DNA of 64,000 bases from Nematocida ausubeli (lineage: Eukaryota): assembly GCF_000738915.1 (NCBI RefSeq), contig NW_026515636.1, positions 583,175 to 647,174 of the forward strand. The letters are read 5' to 3'. The position numbers were made by a program, and so were the translations under genes. The notes under the pieces are model-generated. The model had not been told where the DNA came from, did no database searches, and saw only the letters and a list, made by a program, of their open reading frames with translations. Numbering within the stretch: position 1 is the stretch's first letter; the number at the start of each line of letters is the position of its first letter. This document shows positions 23,186 through 33,320 of the stretch, piece after piece.

Positions 23186-23710
23186 TCACTTCATCTCCAC
23201 AATGCCTTTATAGATTTTCTTTGCATTAAAGAAGGGATTGTACTTGTACTTGTCCATGTGCTTTCGTATCTTTATAACAGTCAGGTAAACTAACCCACAG
23301 AAGTAGATTATGAGAATAGGTGTAAACACAGGTATATTAAAAATCGGGAAGAATGTCATAAGTATCCCTGTTCCGCATGCCTTGACAGACTGCAGCCAGT
23401 ACTCAAACTCAGGCAGTCTGCGTATAAATGGCTTAGACTCGTCCCCGCTCTTTTTGATTGGCATAGATACAGCCATGCCTTCCTCTTCTATGTCAAAGGG
23501 GTCAGGTATTTCGCTGTCAATTGGCGTGCAGAACCCAATGAAGCAGTGCAGGAAGTACAAAAACAAACAATATGCAACAAGCCTGTAGCCACCAGTCAGG
23601 ACTATTCGCCAGACAAATATAACAAACATAAGGAGAAAGGCCGCCCACCTTTCCTTGACTAATCCAACGGACATATCCGCATACGACTGTATCATGTGCT
23701 GCAGTTTCAT
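23186..23710 (-). CDS. RER1: Golgi-to-ER retrieval receptor Rer1
   Basis: DESKPFIRRLPEFEYW, FNIPVFTPILIIYF, HMDKYKYNPF. First ATG at 23710. Confidence 0.93.
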   Translation of the reverse strand: MKLQHMIQSYADMSVGLVKERWAAFLLMFVIFVWRIVLTGGYRLVAYCLFLYFLHCFIGFCTPIDSEIPDPFDIEEEGMAVSMPIKKSGDESKPFIRRLPEFEYWLQSVKACGTGILMTFFPIFNIPVFTPILIIYFCGLVYLTVIKIRKHMDKYKYNPFFNAKKIYKGIVEMK

Positions 23711-23786
23711 GTCCAAAAAAATAATTCACTTCTTTCATATATGCATATAGGAAGGCGGAGGGACCCAGTCTTGCGCTGTATATCGA

Positions 23787-23857
23787 GCGCATGTGGTTTA
23801 ATGGTATAATTCTCGCTTGCCATGCGAGAGACCCGGGTTCGATTCCCGGCATGCGCA
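23787..23857 (+). tRNA. tRNA-Gly (anticodon GCC), intronless
   Basis: Acceptor stem GCGCATG/CATGCGC plus A; D arm TGGTTTAATGGTATAA; anticodon stem CTCGC-TTGCCAT-GCGAG; T arm CCGGGTTCGATTCCCGG. Confidence 0.97.
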
Positions 23858-23918
23858 TCTTTTTTAATTTTTTCCCAGCTGCAATTGAAATAAATGCCAG
23901 AATGCAAAAATTGTCATA

Positions 23919-24833
23919 ATGGCTGTGCCAATGGATAGGATGGGCGCAGTTGAAGCTGCAAAGATCTCTTCGGTCGTGTTTGTGGTCATGTATAGCACTC
24001 TGTATATGACCAAAACATATACGCAGTTAAATACAGCAGAGCAGATTGCAGTGGGAGGCATCAGTGAGCTTATTAAAGCAGTTACGTGCTTCATATTCCT
24101 ATATTTCACAGAGGAGTACGAAAGCACAGAATACCTGCCAGGATATCTTGTCTCTGGAATACTTTCATCTTTGCAGTCTGTGACGTGGATGCAAGTAAGC
24201 CAGGCATTCCCTAATCTTATTGTGCTTATATCCTCGCAAAGCAAGATATTCTTTGTATTTTTAATGGCAATTGTCTTTATGAGGCGGAGGTATGTGCTCC
24301 TGCAGTACTTTGCGCAATTGACTTTGCTTTTGGGGATTTTTATGCCTGTTATACTCAAGGGAACCTCAAGCCTAAATAATACTATTTTTGAGTATGTTAT
24401 GCTAGTGGGTCTTCCAATTCTCTCTGCTTATACGGGGGTGGTCTTTGAGATGTGGATAGCCCCCAGGCTGAAAAGTAGGTGGAAAAGTGCAGTGAACCAT
24501 GCAGCCACGAGTGCATTCTTTTCATTTCTGATTAGTGCAGTTCTTTTTGCAAACGGCCATGCGATCAGATATGAGAATGTTCAGTCAGTTGCGACACTTT
24601 CTTTGGTTAAGTCAGTGGACAGTATTGTCTTTGGGTATTTTATTATTTATTATACCACACTTGTACGTATGCTTATTATACTAGCAATTAGCCCTGTTTT
24701 GTCTATTCTCATTTCATACCAGTTTGAAGAGGCAATTACTCCAGACAGAATTATAGGGGTAGCCATTACATTTGCAAGTATTTTGTTGTTCCATCTGCCG
24801 TACTATTTGAACCGGCAGGTTAGTAATAAATAG
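23919..24833 (+). CDS. nucleotide-sugar transporter (SLC35A-like, DMT superfamily)
   Basis: About 10 TM; SELIK, SQSKIFF, LSAYTGVVFE motifs resemble UDP-Gal/CMP-Sia transporters. Confidence 0.75.
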   Translation: MAVPMDRMGAVEAAKISSVVFVVMYSTLYMTKTYTQLNTAEQIAVGGISELIKAVTCFIFLYFTEEYESTEYLPGYLVSGILSSLQSVTWMQVSQAFPNLIVLISSQSKIFFVFLMAIVFMRRRYVLLQYFAQLTLLLGIFMPVILKGTSSLNNTIFEYVMLVGLPILSAYTGVVFEMWIAPRLKSRWKSAVNHAATSAFFSFLISAVLFANGHAIRYENVQSVATLSLVKSVDSIVFGYFIIYYTTLVRMLIILAISPVLSILISYQFEEAITPDRIIGVAITFASILLFHLPYYLNRQVSNK

Positions 24834-25326
24834 ATCTAGTATTAATGAAATTTCTTATTTGCACCGTAACTGTAAGCGTATAATATGCTATGGGATATGG
24901 ATCCTTTACAATGCATTGTAAATTGGATCTGCAGTAGTACTTATTTTGCTTATTCTGGCATAAATATTTTACAGATCTACTATTATCTGGTATCCTTATA
25001 ATGTGTTTGTTCTGTGTTTTGTTGTTTCTCTTGTGTGTTTTATGGAAATATCTTCTTTCAGACTGTTTATTTTCTCTGAGGATTTTAAGCGTATTTATTT
25101 CAGAATTAGTTCTCTTGGGAAAAGTACAGTATATTAATATTATTTATTGTAGGATAATCCATGCAAGTGTACGTGGGCGTATCAAGGGGATTTGGTGTTT
25201 TATTAAGACTTTTTGCTAGAATGAATACTTAGTTGCAGGTGCCATATAAAAGACATAGAAAGACTTTATAGTATCCAGGCTCTGCTATACTATCTTTTAG
25301 TTAGGCTATTTCTTTCTTTGCAGGTT

Positions 25327-28300
25327 TTACTGGTTTGCAAATATTTTGGATATGTGGGCACTTGGGGCATCTTGTGTGTAAAGCCTTTTAAATACTTGCT
25401 CTGATATTTCATTTATGCGTTCTTCTATTTGACTCTGGGATAGAATTCCTGTTGCAGATGGATCCATTTTCCCGTTTGATCGTATGAAGACGTAATTGAA
25501 TATTGGATTCCTAAATAGAGATACCATACTATTCATGCAATTAATAACCACTTTTCCAATTGTTCCTACTTTAGCTTCTTTTTTAGGCTGCAGTTCAATA
25601 GAAAGAAGCATCATGTTATTTACCACTAAATATAAATTTGATGAGGCATGTTCTGGTTCTTTCTCAGGCTTACTTTGGAAGATATCCATAATGAAGGAGT
25701 ATGTGCGATTAAAGTGCATATACATAATAAAAGCTATTCTTTTGGTTGGAGATTTGTCAATATCTATTAAGGCAGGATATATATATAATGTAGGTGTGTG
25801 ATTGCTTGTGCCCATTAGATAGAAGTTCTTGCTGTAGTCATATGAGGCAAGGTTGAACATATTTTCTGAGGGAATTTCTGTTTCTGCAGTAGAAGTACTT
25901 GACTTGTCTTGTTTCTGTTCTGCACGAATCTCATCTGTATCTATTGAAAATCTTGGGGTTTTCTTTATATATATAGCTCTATACCCATTGAAGTTGTTTT
26001 TCAAAAGACTATCTGGAATTATTCCATAGTTAAAGATATTTTCAACTTTTTCTGCCCAGAGCATAGACTTAATAGAACTAAAGCTCTTTTTACATAAAAA
26101 TAAGGCTGTATTAAAACACCAGTAAAATGAGCCAACAGAAGGTTCTGGTCTTAACTCTGTATTATTTTGCTGATCAATAGGCAGTTTTTTTTCCATTTTT
26201 TTCTTCATATACACATTGTATGCTAGCCTTGGGATAGGTGCTAGTTCAACCTGCTTCGTGGAGTACTCAGAGAGCGTAAAGTAATGGGGTGCAACTACTG
26301 ACATGCAAACAGAAATTGTGTCTAGTGGCATGGAATTTCTGCCTGTTTCTGGCTTGGCTTCATTAGTATATGCCCATGATGCCTTCTGAATGTAAAGCAG
26401 CACAGGGCTACTCTCTGGCTCATTTTTAGTACTTTTTATCTTTCCAATAGGCAGGTTGTTTACCTCAATGGACAGATTAATATTCTTTTTTCCGTTTTTT
26501 ACCATATCAAGATAAGATCCTAGTCCGCCTTGTTTATTGACGCTGTCTGAAAGGGCTTTCCTGATCATATTGGTTTTCACAGAGAATGGTATTAATATGC
26601 CTAGACAATTCATGTTCTCAATTGTCTTTTCTTGCTCTGCAGTGATGTGTATCTTATGCAGGCGGGTTTTAAGCATTGGCTCTGGTTGGTCCTTCTCTGT
26701 GCACGGGGGAATATATCGATTCTTGTAGTGAATATTTCGGCCAGTATATTCACACTTCTCTTTTTCTATCGTAGAAATAAGCGAGTTTGTGTAGCTGCTG
26801 ACTTGCTTTTCATCAAATAGCTTGCTATTTCTAGCCAGGTGCTTCTCTACAGAAACATGCACAGCGTTATTCTCTACAAAAATAGTGCGTATTTTTCTCA
26901 TTACTATATCAAAGAAAGCCTCATTCTTAGGTATATCGTCTGTGGACTTCTTTTTCAAGTAGTTATGTATTGTGCGGTTGATCATTATAAGAGTGCTCAT
27001 TCCCTGCAGAGTTGTCTTTGAAGTGTGTTCTTTGCTTTCTTCACAGATAGACCCCAGCTCCATGTTGACCAAACACGAATCAGATGACAGCAGCAGATCA
27101 AAGAGTTCGTTATATAAGCAGAGTGTCAGATTTGCACGGAACTCAAACAGCTTGTCGACAAATCCCATCTGTATGAATTCAATCTTTAGGTATACAATGG
27201 CATTGCTTTCACTTGTTATTTTCATGTACATATTAGAGACTGAAACAATTCCATCCGTACAGATAGCAATTCTATTTTTTGGCGGTTTTTGCAGTGCTTT
27301 TTCCCCATAGAATGCTGTGGTGCGGAATACTAAACCATTCTGATACTCCTTATCTGCGCCATTCCCGGAGACAGCAACCTTAATATTTCGGACTTCTGGT
27401 GCTTTCTCATCGGAGGAGTTGCTAACTCCAGCTACTACAGTGCTATTTTCCTTAAATCCATCACCCAAAGCTATTTTCATGCCTACCTTAAAGAGGCCTA
27501 CTAAGCTTCTGTTGAATGGATAGAAATAATTTGAAAAGCCTTTCCTCTGAAGTGAGAGCCCTTCTGTGAAAACTGCCTCTCCAAGCACGCCCTGTATGAG
27601 TATGCGCTTTTCTTCTTTAAGTGGATTAACGACGGACTTGTGTATTTCAATGCTGCCTCCACCCATTTCGCAATAGACAAATTTCACTTCCATAGAATCA
27701 GCCCGAAGAATCCCTGCTAATTGCGAGGCAGAGTGTTCGTACAGAGCAATTGCTGTTGGAGGAATGCAGACCAAAAAAGCCACAGATGATCTTTTTGGCT
27801 TTGGATTTTTAGGCTCTGGAAGGTTTATCTTATTTAGGCGAAATAGAACAGCTAGTGTATTTATCATAGCATTATTCCCGTTCATGTTCATGGCAGACTT
27901 ACTGCCTTCCATATGCAGGTTCTTTATTAGGTCATTCACAAACGTATCAATATTCATCAAAATTGTGCTTCTAGTACCAAGCCTGCTATTAGGTCTTTTC
28001 ATGCTCAGATGAATTGGCTGCAGTCTGTGTACTGTTCTTAGACCATTCGGGTCTCTAAACTCAATCAGCGAAATCTTTTCGGGAGTTTTTGCATCAGGGT
28101 CAGTATTTACAGATATCTGTATAACAGTTTGCACTGAACTCCTTATACTCCACTCATTTGAAGATGGACTAGCCAGAACATCAATATATGACTTATTCAT
28201 TCCCAATGTGACAAAAACACCCTCCTGTGCAAGCACTATATCCGTGTCTATCCAGGCGATTCTCACATAATTTTCCAACTCTGCTCTATCCTTGCATTCT

Positions 28301-30246
28301 ATTGTGCATGTTGCAGCTACGCCATTTTCCAGCTCTTCATCATAAGAAATTCTTTCTTTGGGTTCTATGCGCGCACTTGGTGCATTTACGCTTTCACTGG
28401 GAATATAACTATGGAGTGCCTGGTCAGGCTCTTTGACTAGCTGCTCTAGTGGTGATTTTATGTTAATTCCTGTAATCTGCTTATTAAGGTCTAGTAGCAC
28501 CTTGTAGGTTGTAGAGTATTCAACAGATTCTTTAGTCGATGGAAGAGGTTCTAGCCACACATATCCTACGGATATGCCTAATCCTGCTCTCCATCGCATT
28601 CCAAATCCGCTCATTATTGTATTTAAACAATGGTTAGAGCTCTTTTTAACGGACACCTCTGAATTCTGCATCAAACCGGAAATATCCGGACTGTTATTCT
28701 TAAATAAAGAGGAAAGGTTTTCCATGCTTGTTGGAATCGTGAGTATACATTCCATCACTAGAAAGTTCTTGTAGTACTCGCTGTCTCTCTCTTGCGATTC
28801 TTTCCTGTAATGGTACCCAGTGCCTATGATTGAGCATTCATTATTAATAAATAGATTTAGACTTGTGCTAGGAATTCTTCCTGTGTTAATGCTTTCAACC
28901 ATCCTTTTGTATGGGAATAGTTCTTCATTAAATATCAGCTTACATCGTAGCCCATTTTTCTCCACTCCTTCTATTCTTCCTTCAAACAGAGGCGTGTCCT
29001 TTATTTGCATATCTCTCTTTTGGCCTGGTATTATTCTGTTTATGTATATTGTACTGATTTGCTTAAGGATCCTATAGTGGAATGTGTACGGTGGATCAGC
29101 GAACTTTTTAAACTCATCTACACTAAAGGTGAACGCAATTGCCTCTCTGCCCATATACTTCCCTAAGGCATCTCTTATGTTCTGACTGTTCTCTGGTGTA
29201 AGTGTTAGAGTAAACTGCGCAGTGTTACTAGTATCTATTGGGTTATCCTTAGTCTTTTTTGGATCCTTTTCATTCCGGGTGTCTTTCTTTGGATTCTTTC
29301 CTGTTTGTTCTTTCCCTATAGGCATATTACTGTCTTGTGCTGTACTTCTATTAAATCCACCATGGATTACGCCTCTTCTAATAGTGTGCTTTTCCACAGA
29401 CAGGCTTCCTACGCTCTTATTATCTATGTACAGGCCTAATTTTACACTAGGAATATTAGCAGATAAGCATGATGGGATATTCGTATACTGATACCGTGCT
29501 GTAACTTTTGTCACATTTTCAACCTCTTCTACAAAGTACTTTTTTATCTGAATTGGCATATCTCCTCTTGTAGTCTGCTGCCCTACTTGTGCGTCAGTGG
29601 CTGGCTGTCTTTCAGACTCAATGCTCTTAAGAAGCGTGTCTACCAGCTTCAGCCCACTCTTTTTAATGCCTGTGATTGAAGGATTCTTTCCTATGTACCA
29701 TCCTAGAGTATACGGGAAAACTACAGGAATGCTTATCCCAGGAAGATTCTTTTTTAGCTTTAGAAAAACGGTTCCCTTAAAGGTAAATAATAGCTGGTTT
29801 TCAACATTCAGCAAAAATTTTTCGTCGATATTAGATGTATGCTTAGGCGTAACATACTGCATTGAAGCATTCACTGTATTATTCTTATTATTAACTACCT
29901 CTATTTCACTGATGTACCAGTACCCAAGAGGCTTTTCATTTCTTGATGTACTCACCCCTATCATAATGTCCTTTGCATAGATACTAAAGTAAGGGAGACC
30001 TAGCAAATAATTCACAGATATCTCTATCTTATCAGGATGTGTTATATCTATCTTTGATAGCTTAAGATTGCTCAGATTACGCTTCATTCCTGTAAGAAAT
30101 ATGATAGACCCAAGAAGAGGGGTCAAGAATATAAGCCAAAAGATGCTTATTCCAACTAAAAAGATGAATCCAGCTATTTTTCGTGTCAGACTATTCTTTC
30201 TCTCAATTGCGCCCTTTCCTATTTTCATAAAATATTTTTTATTCAT
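25327..30246 (-). CDS. large hypothetical type II membrane protein (1639 aa), beta-strand-rich
   Basis: Uninterrupted 4.9-kb ORF; basic N-terminus and one long TM (about aa 24-52); remainder shows alternating hydrophobic pattern. Confidence 0.85.
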   Translation of the reverse strand: MNKKYFMKIGKGAIERKNSLTRKIAGFIFLVGISIFWLIFLTPLLGSIIFLTGMKRNLSNLKLSKIDITHPDKIEISVNYLLGLPYFSIYAKDIMIGVSTSRNEKPLGYWYISEIEVVNNKNNTVNASMQYVTPKHTSNIDEKFLLNVENQLLFTFKGTVFLKLKKNLPGISIPVVFPYTLGWYIGKNPSITGIKKSGLKLVDTLLKSIESERQPATDAQVGQQTTRGDMPIQIKKYFVEEVENVTKVTARYQYTNIPSCLSANIPSVKLGLYIDNKSVGSLSVEKHTIRRGVIHGGFNRSTAQDSNMPIGKEQTGKNPKKDTRNEKDPKKTKDNPIDTSNTAQFTLTLTPENSQNIRDALGKYMGREAIAFTFSVDEFKKFADPPYTFHYRILKQISTIYINRIIPGQKRDMQIKDTPLFEGRIEGVEKNGLRCKLIFNEELFPYKRMVESINTGRIPSTSLNLFINNECSIIGTGYHYRKESQERDSEYYKNFLVMECILTIPTSMENLSSLFKNNSPDISGLMQNSEVSVKKSSNHCLNTIMSGFGMRWRAGLGISVGYVWLEPLPSTKESVEYSTTYKVLLDLNKQITGINIKSPLEQLVKEPDQALHSYIPSESVNAPSARIEPKERISYDEELENGVAATCTIECKDRAELENYVRIAWIDTDIVLAQEGVFVTLGMNKSYIDVLASPSSNEWSIRSSVQTVIQISVNTDPDAKTPEKISLIEFRDPNGLRTVHRLQPIHLSMKRPNSRLGTRSTILMNIDTFVNDLIKNLHMEGSKSAMNMNGNNAMINTLAVLFRLNKINLPEPKNPKPKRSSVAFLVCIPPTAIALYEHSASQLAGILRADSMEVKFVYCEMGGGSIEIHKSVVNPLKEEKRILIQGVLGEAVFTEGLSLQRKGFSNYFYPFNRSLVGLFKVGMKIALGDGFKENSTVVAGVSNSSDEKAPEVRNIKVAVSGNGADKEYQNGLVFRTTAFYGEKALQKPPKNRIAICTDGIVSVSNMYMKITSESNAIVYLKIEFIQMGFVDKLFEFRANLTLCLYNELFDLLLSSDSCLVNMELGSICEESKEHTSKTTLQGMSTLIMINRTIHNYLKKKSTDDIPKNEAFFDIVMRKIRTIFVENNAVHVSVEKHLARNSKLFDEKQVSSYTNSLISTIEKEKCEYTGRNIHYKNRYIPPCTEKDQPEPMLKTRLHKIHITAEQEKTIENMNCLGILIPFSVKTNMIRKALSDSVNKQGGLGSYLDMVKNGKKNINLSIEVNNLPIGKIKSTKNEPESSPVLLYIQKASWAYTNEAKPETGRNSMPLDTISVCMSVVAPHYFTLSEYSTKQVELAPIPRLAYNVYMKKKMEKKLPIDQQNNTELRPEPSVGSFYWCFNTALFLCKKSFSSIKSMLWAEKVENIFNYGIIPDSLLKNNFNGYRAIYIKKTPRFSIDTDEIRAEQKQDKSSTSTAETEIPSENMFNLASYDYSKNFYLMGTSNHTPTLYIYPALIDIDKSPTKRIAFIMYMHFNRTYSFIMDIFQSKPEKEPEHASSNLYLVVNNMMLLSIELQPKKEAKVGTIGKVVINCMNSMVSLFRNPIFNYVFIRSNGKMDPSATGILSQSQIEERINEISEQVFKRLYTQDAPSAHISKIFANQ

Positions 30247-30313
30247 TTCCTATTTATAGCTAGGAGCTGGCTTTATTGTATATAAAAGTGAAAAAGTGAA
30301 AATAAAAATAAAA

Positions 30314-32263
30314 ATGAGCAAAGACACAGGCCATGGGATAGTTACACAGTGCATAAAAGAATGGAGGGAGTATTTGAGTGAGGAAAAGTCTGAGGTGGTA
30401 AAGAAAATACAGGAGATGCGAATTAAAAATACCTTTATCCCGCCTTCCCTGGTAGAGAAGCACGTAGTCTTAGAGCAGGAGGATGCAAAGGAGAAGAGAA
30501 AAAAGGTAAAAAAGACTGTGCAGACTGCAGAGAAGAAGGGACCAAAAGAAGCAGAGAAAGAAAGCGCAGCACACGGCACAGAAATCCAGGTTCCTGCAGA
30601 GAAAGAGCCCAAGAAAGGGCCTTCTTCAGTAGCCAAGAAACCAAGGACCAAGAAAGTTCAAGACAAGGAGGGAGTGAAGAGTACTCAGAAGGCTCAGTTA
30701 AGTGAGACAGAAGAGAAAGCAGAGGTCCCTTCCAAGAAGACATCTCCTTCACCAGAAAAGGAACAGGCTATTAGCAAAGACACATCTGAGAAGAAAACCT
30801 CCAAGAAAGCAAAAAAGCAGAAGGAGAAGAGTGCTAGTCCATCCGAAGAACCTTCATCCGTAAAAAAAACCACCAAGAAAGCACAGCCTGTCTTGTCTGA
30901 GAAAAAAGAAGACCCTTCTGAGAGCAAAAAGATAGCAAAGGATGCATCGAGTAAAAAAGAGATGCAAACTAGTAAAAAAGAAGCACAGACAGTAGAGACA
31001 GAGAAGAGTGAGAGTAAGCCCACTGAGAGCCCAGCTACTGTTCTTTCTCCTTTAAGCTTGTTTGAGAAGATGAATCCTATGGCTAATCCAACTGGACAGG
31101 ATAGCCTGGTTATTCAGCAGAAAGAGAAGAAGGTTGATCCATCTACTAGTGCCAGTCCAAAGAAGCAAAGTACTAAGGAGACTGCAGAAGAGAAACCTGA
31201 GCCAATAGGGGAAAAGTCAGAGAAAACATCTGATGCATCGGTGGCACACCCTTCATCTACTAGCACAGAGCCATTAGAAAAAACAGCAGAGACATCCGTG
31301 CAAACTACAACGCCTGTAAAAGAGACTTCGAGTGGTATGCCTCTGGTCGGTATAGAGTCCAAGTCTATGCCAAAATCAGCTAAAACATCGCTAATGAACA
31401 AAGAGACACCAGCAGAGACCTCAGAGCCAAAGATTTCAATTGCTGTCGGTGACCTTGCCAAAGAGGACATTACTCCACCCTTAGATCGATCTACGCCTGC
31501 TGTCTCTACACCTAAAAACAAGGCCTTTTTGGATGGTGAGGTGGTAATGCCTTCTATTATCTCAGATGTCCCGAATAAAAAAGACACCATAAACACTAAC
31601 ACGGCAGTTAATAAAGAGAGACTTTCGGATGAGACAAAGGAAATAAGAAAGGACCACTTCAAGAAGTCATACAACGAGTCTTCAACTGAGATGGACAAAC
31701 CAAGCAAAAATATCCACCTGTCATCAACTCTCTCAGTGGCCCACTCTGTTGATGAAAGCAATTTTGAAAGACTTCTTCCATCGAAGAACGAAATATCAGT
31801 AGAGGCTGTTAAAAAGAACCTAATCACAAGCCAGAAGAGGCTTATCTCTGAGAAGAAAAGGGACAGACCAAACCAGTCATTCGTTGGCTTGAAACCAGAA
31901 GAGCTGAAAGAGAAGACATTTGAGCTGAATAAGCTGCTGAAAACCTTCAAGACTAAGATTAAGCAAGACCACACTCCACAGCCCCCTCCTGCACAAGAAC
32001 CTGCAGATGCAAAGGACAAACACTCCGAGCCAGAAAGTGCATTTACACCGGTCATTGACTTCTCAGACGACGAGCCGTCACGTGGCATTAAATACAACAC
32101 AAAGTGGGTAGACAGTCCATCTCTTCCTAGAAAGCTTCTCATGCAGAGCGAAGACCAAGCAGAAAAAATCTTTGGGTCGTCTGTAAATACCAAAGTAAAT
32201 CTGAAGGAGATGTTCTCCACACTCAAAAACCTTCCATCAGACAGCCCTACAAAAATGACATAA
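30314..32263 (+). CDS. low-complexity K/E/S-rich protein with C-terminal IN-box-like motif (putative INCENP)
   Basis: ATG at 30314. C-terminus IDFSDDE...KWVDSPSL...MQ...EKIFG...LKEMF resembles the Aurora-B-binding IN-box. Confidence 0.65.
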   Translation: MSKDTGHGIVTQCIKEWREYLSEEKSEVVKKIQEMRIKNTFIPPSLVEKHVVLEQEDAKEKRKKVKKTVQTAEKKGPKEAEKESAAHGTEIQVPAEKEPKKGPSSVAKKPRTKKVQDKEGVKSTQKAQLSETEEKAEVPSKKTSPSPEKEQAISKDTSEKKTSKKAKKQKEKSASPSEEPSSVKKTTKKAQPVLSEKKEDPSESKKIAKDASSKKEMQTSKKEAQTVETEKSESKPTESPATVLSPLSLFEKMNPMANPTGQDSLVIQQKEKKVDPSTSASPKKQSTKETAEEKPEPIGEKSEKTSDASVAHPSSTSTEPLEKTAETSVQTTTPVKETSSGMPLVGIESKSMPKSAKTSLMNKETPAETSEPKISIAVGDLAKEDITPPLDRSTPAVSTPKNKAFLDGEVVMPSIISDVPNKKDTINTNTAVNKERLSDETKEIRKDHFKKSYNESSTEMDKPSKNIHLSSTLSVAHSVDESNFERLLPSKNEISVEAVKKNLITSQKRLISEKKRDRPNQSFVGLKPEELKEKTFELNKLLKTFKTKIKQDHTPQPPPAQEPADAKDKHSEPESAFTPVIDFSDDEPSRGIKYNTKWVDSPSLPRKLLMQSEDQAEKIFGSSVNTKVNLKEMFSTLKNLPSDSPTKMT

Positions 32264-32466
32264 TATTTGTATTTTAATAAAGATCATCTTTGCTTATTAC
32301 TGGTCATTTTCCCTAAATAAGTACAACCTATCTTGTCCTGCACCTGTACACTCTCAAAAGCCTGGCAATATTTTATGTCTCAGTGTATCGATACGTTTAC
32401 AATAACTATATAGAAGAATCTAAATGATAAAGAATTCTAATGTATGGATCAATCTGCTTGTATTGT

Positions 32467-32751
32467 TTATTTTTCTATTATTTTCTTGTACAAAAGTGCT
32501 TTTCTTGTGGCATCTTCTAATCTTTTCACATTTACATCATCCTCACTCATCCATATCTCTTTAATTGCTGATCCTCGGATAAAAATGTTATTATTTCTTA
32601 AGAAGGGAATATCTATTTTATCTGTATCTCTTAATTTAAAGTTAAAGAACGTATCTATATCCTCCAATAGCCCTGTTATTTTTAAGCTATTCTTTAGTTC
32701 TATTCTTACTCTTTTATTAATTAGCGTCTTAAAGAGCGTAGTCATTACCAT
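32467..32751 (-). CDS. LSM2: Sm-like protein LSm2
   Basis: FKTLINKRVRIELKN, GLLEDIDTFFNFKL, FIRGSAI, LEDATRK match LSm2. ATG at 32751. Confidence 0.85.
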   Translation of the reverse strand: MVMTTLFKTLINKRVRIELKNSLKITGLLEDIDTFFNFKLRDTDKIDIPFLRNNNIFIRGSAIKEIWMSEDDVNVKRLEDATRKALLYKKIIEK

Positions 32752-33320
32752 AGGAAAATAAAAATAAAAATGCATTTCTAGCTTAGTCCATGGCCATCAA
32801 ACAGAAAGAAAACTTCTAACTTGCAGAGACAGCCCAAGATACACTGAAAATGCACTTGCAAGACAGCAGCATACATGGTGAAAATCCTATTAGTACTCTG
32901 TTCTAGTTTTTATTATGCACTGTTCTTAACTCACACACAGGCATACTTTTGGGCTACATGCAAGTGCCTTTCAGACATTCATGAATACAATTAGCATTTG
33001 ATGCAGAATTTGAAAGAGATTCTATGGCTCTGCAATGTGCCTGAGTTAAATATAAACTAATGCACTCTGTCATGCAGACTCTTTATGGGTTTTTGTAGAT
33101 TCTTAGACTGTGGCTACTATTTGGGCCTGTCTGGCTCAATGACTGAGTTCTAACTCTGGCTGCAATACAGGCTACGTGGTACTTAACTATATATTCATAT
33201 GGGTTTATGGATAAATAAGATGCAAAGCATAGATAATCTACCATATGCCTGTCCATGGACTGTCTAAATATATATAGATCTTCATCTTAATTAAATAGTA
33301 TGTGATTTATTTGTTTTCTC

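Noticed and set aside
23517..23858. 113-aa minus-strand ORF
   Set aside because: Antisense reading of the tRNA-Gly gene running into RER1 out of frame.
31114..32226. 370-aa antisense ORF (also 5847..6425, 12468..12911, 60995..61531 and similar)
   Set aside because: Shadows of real genes on the opposite strand; Ser/Phe/Leu-rich with no motifs.
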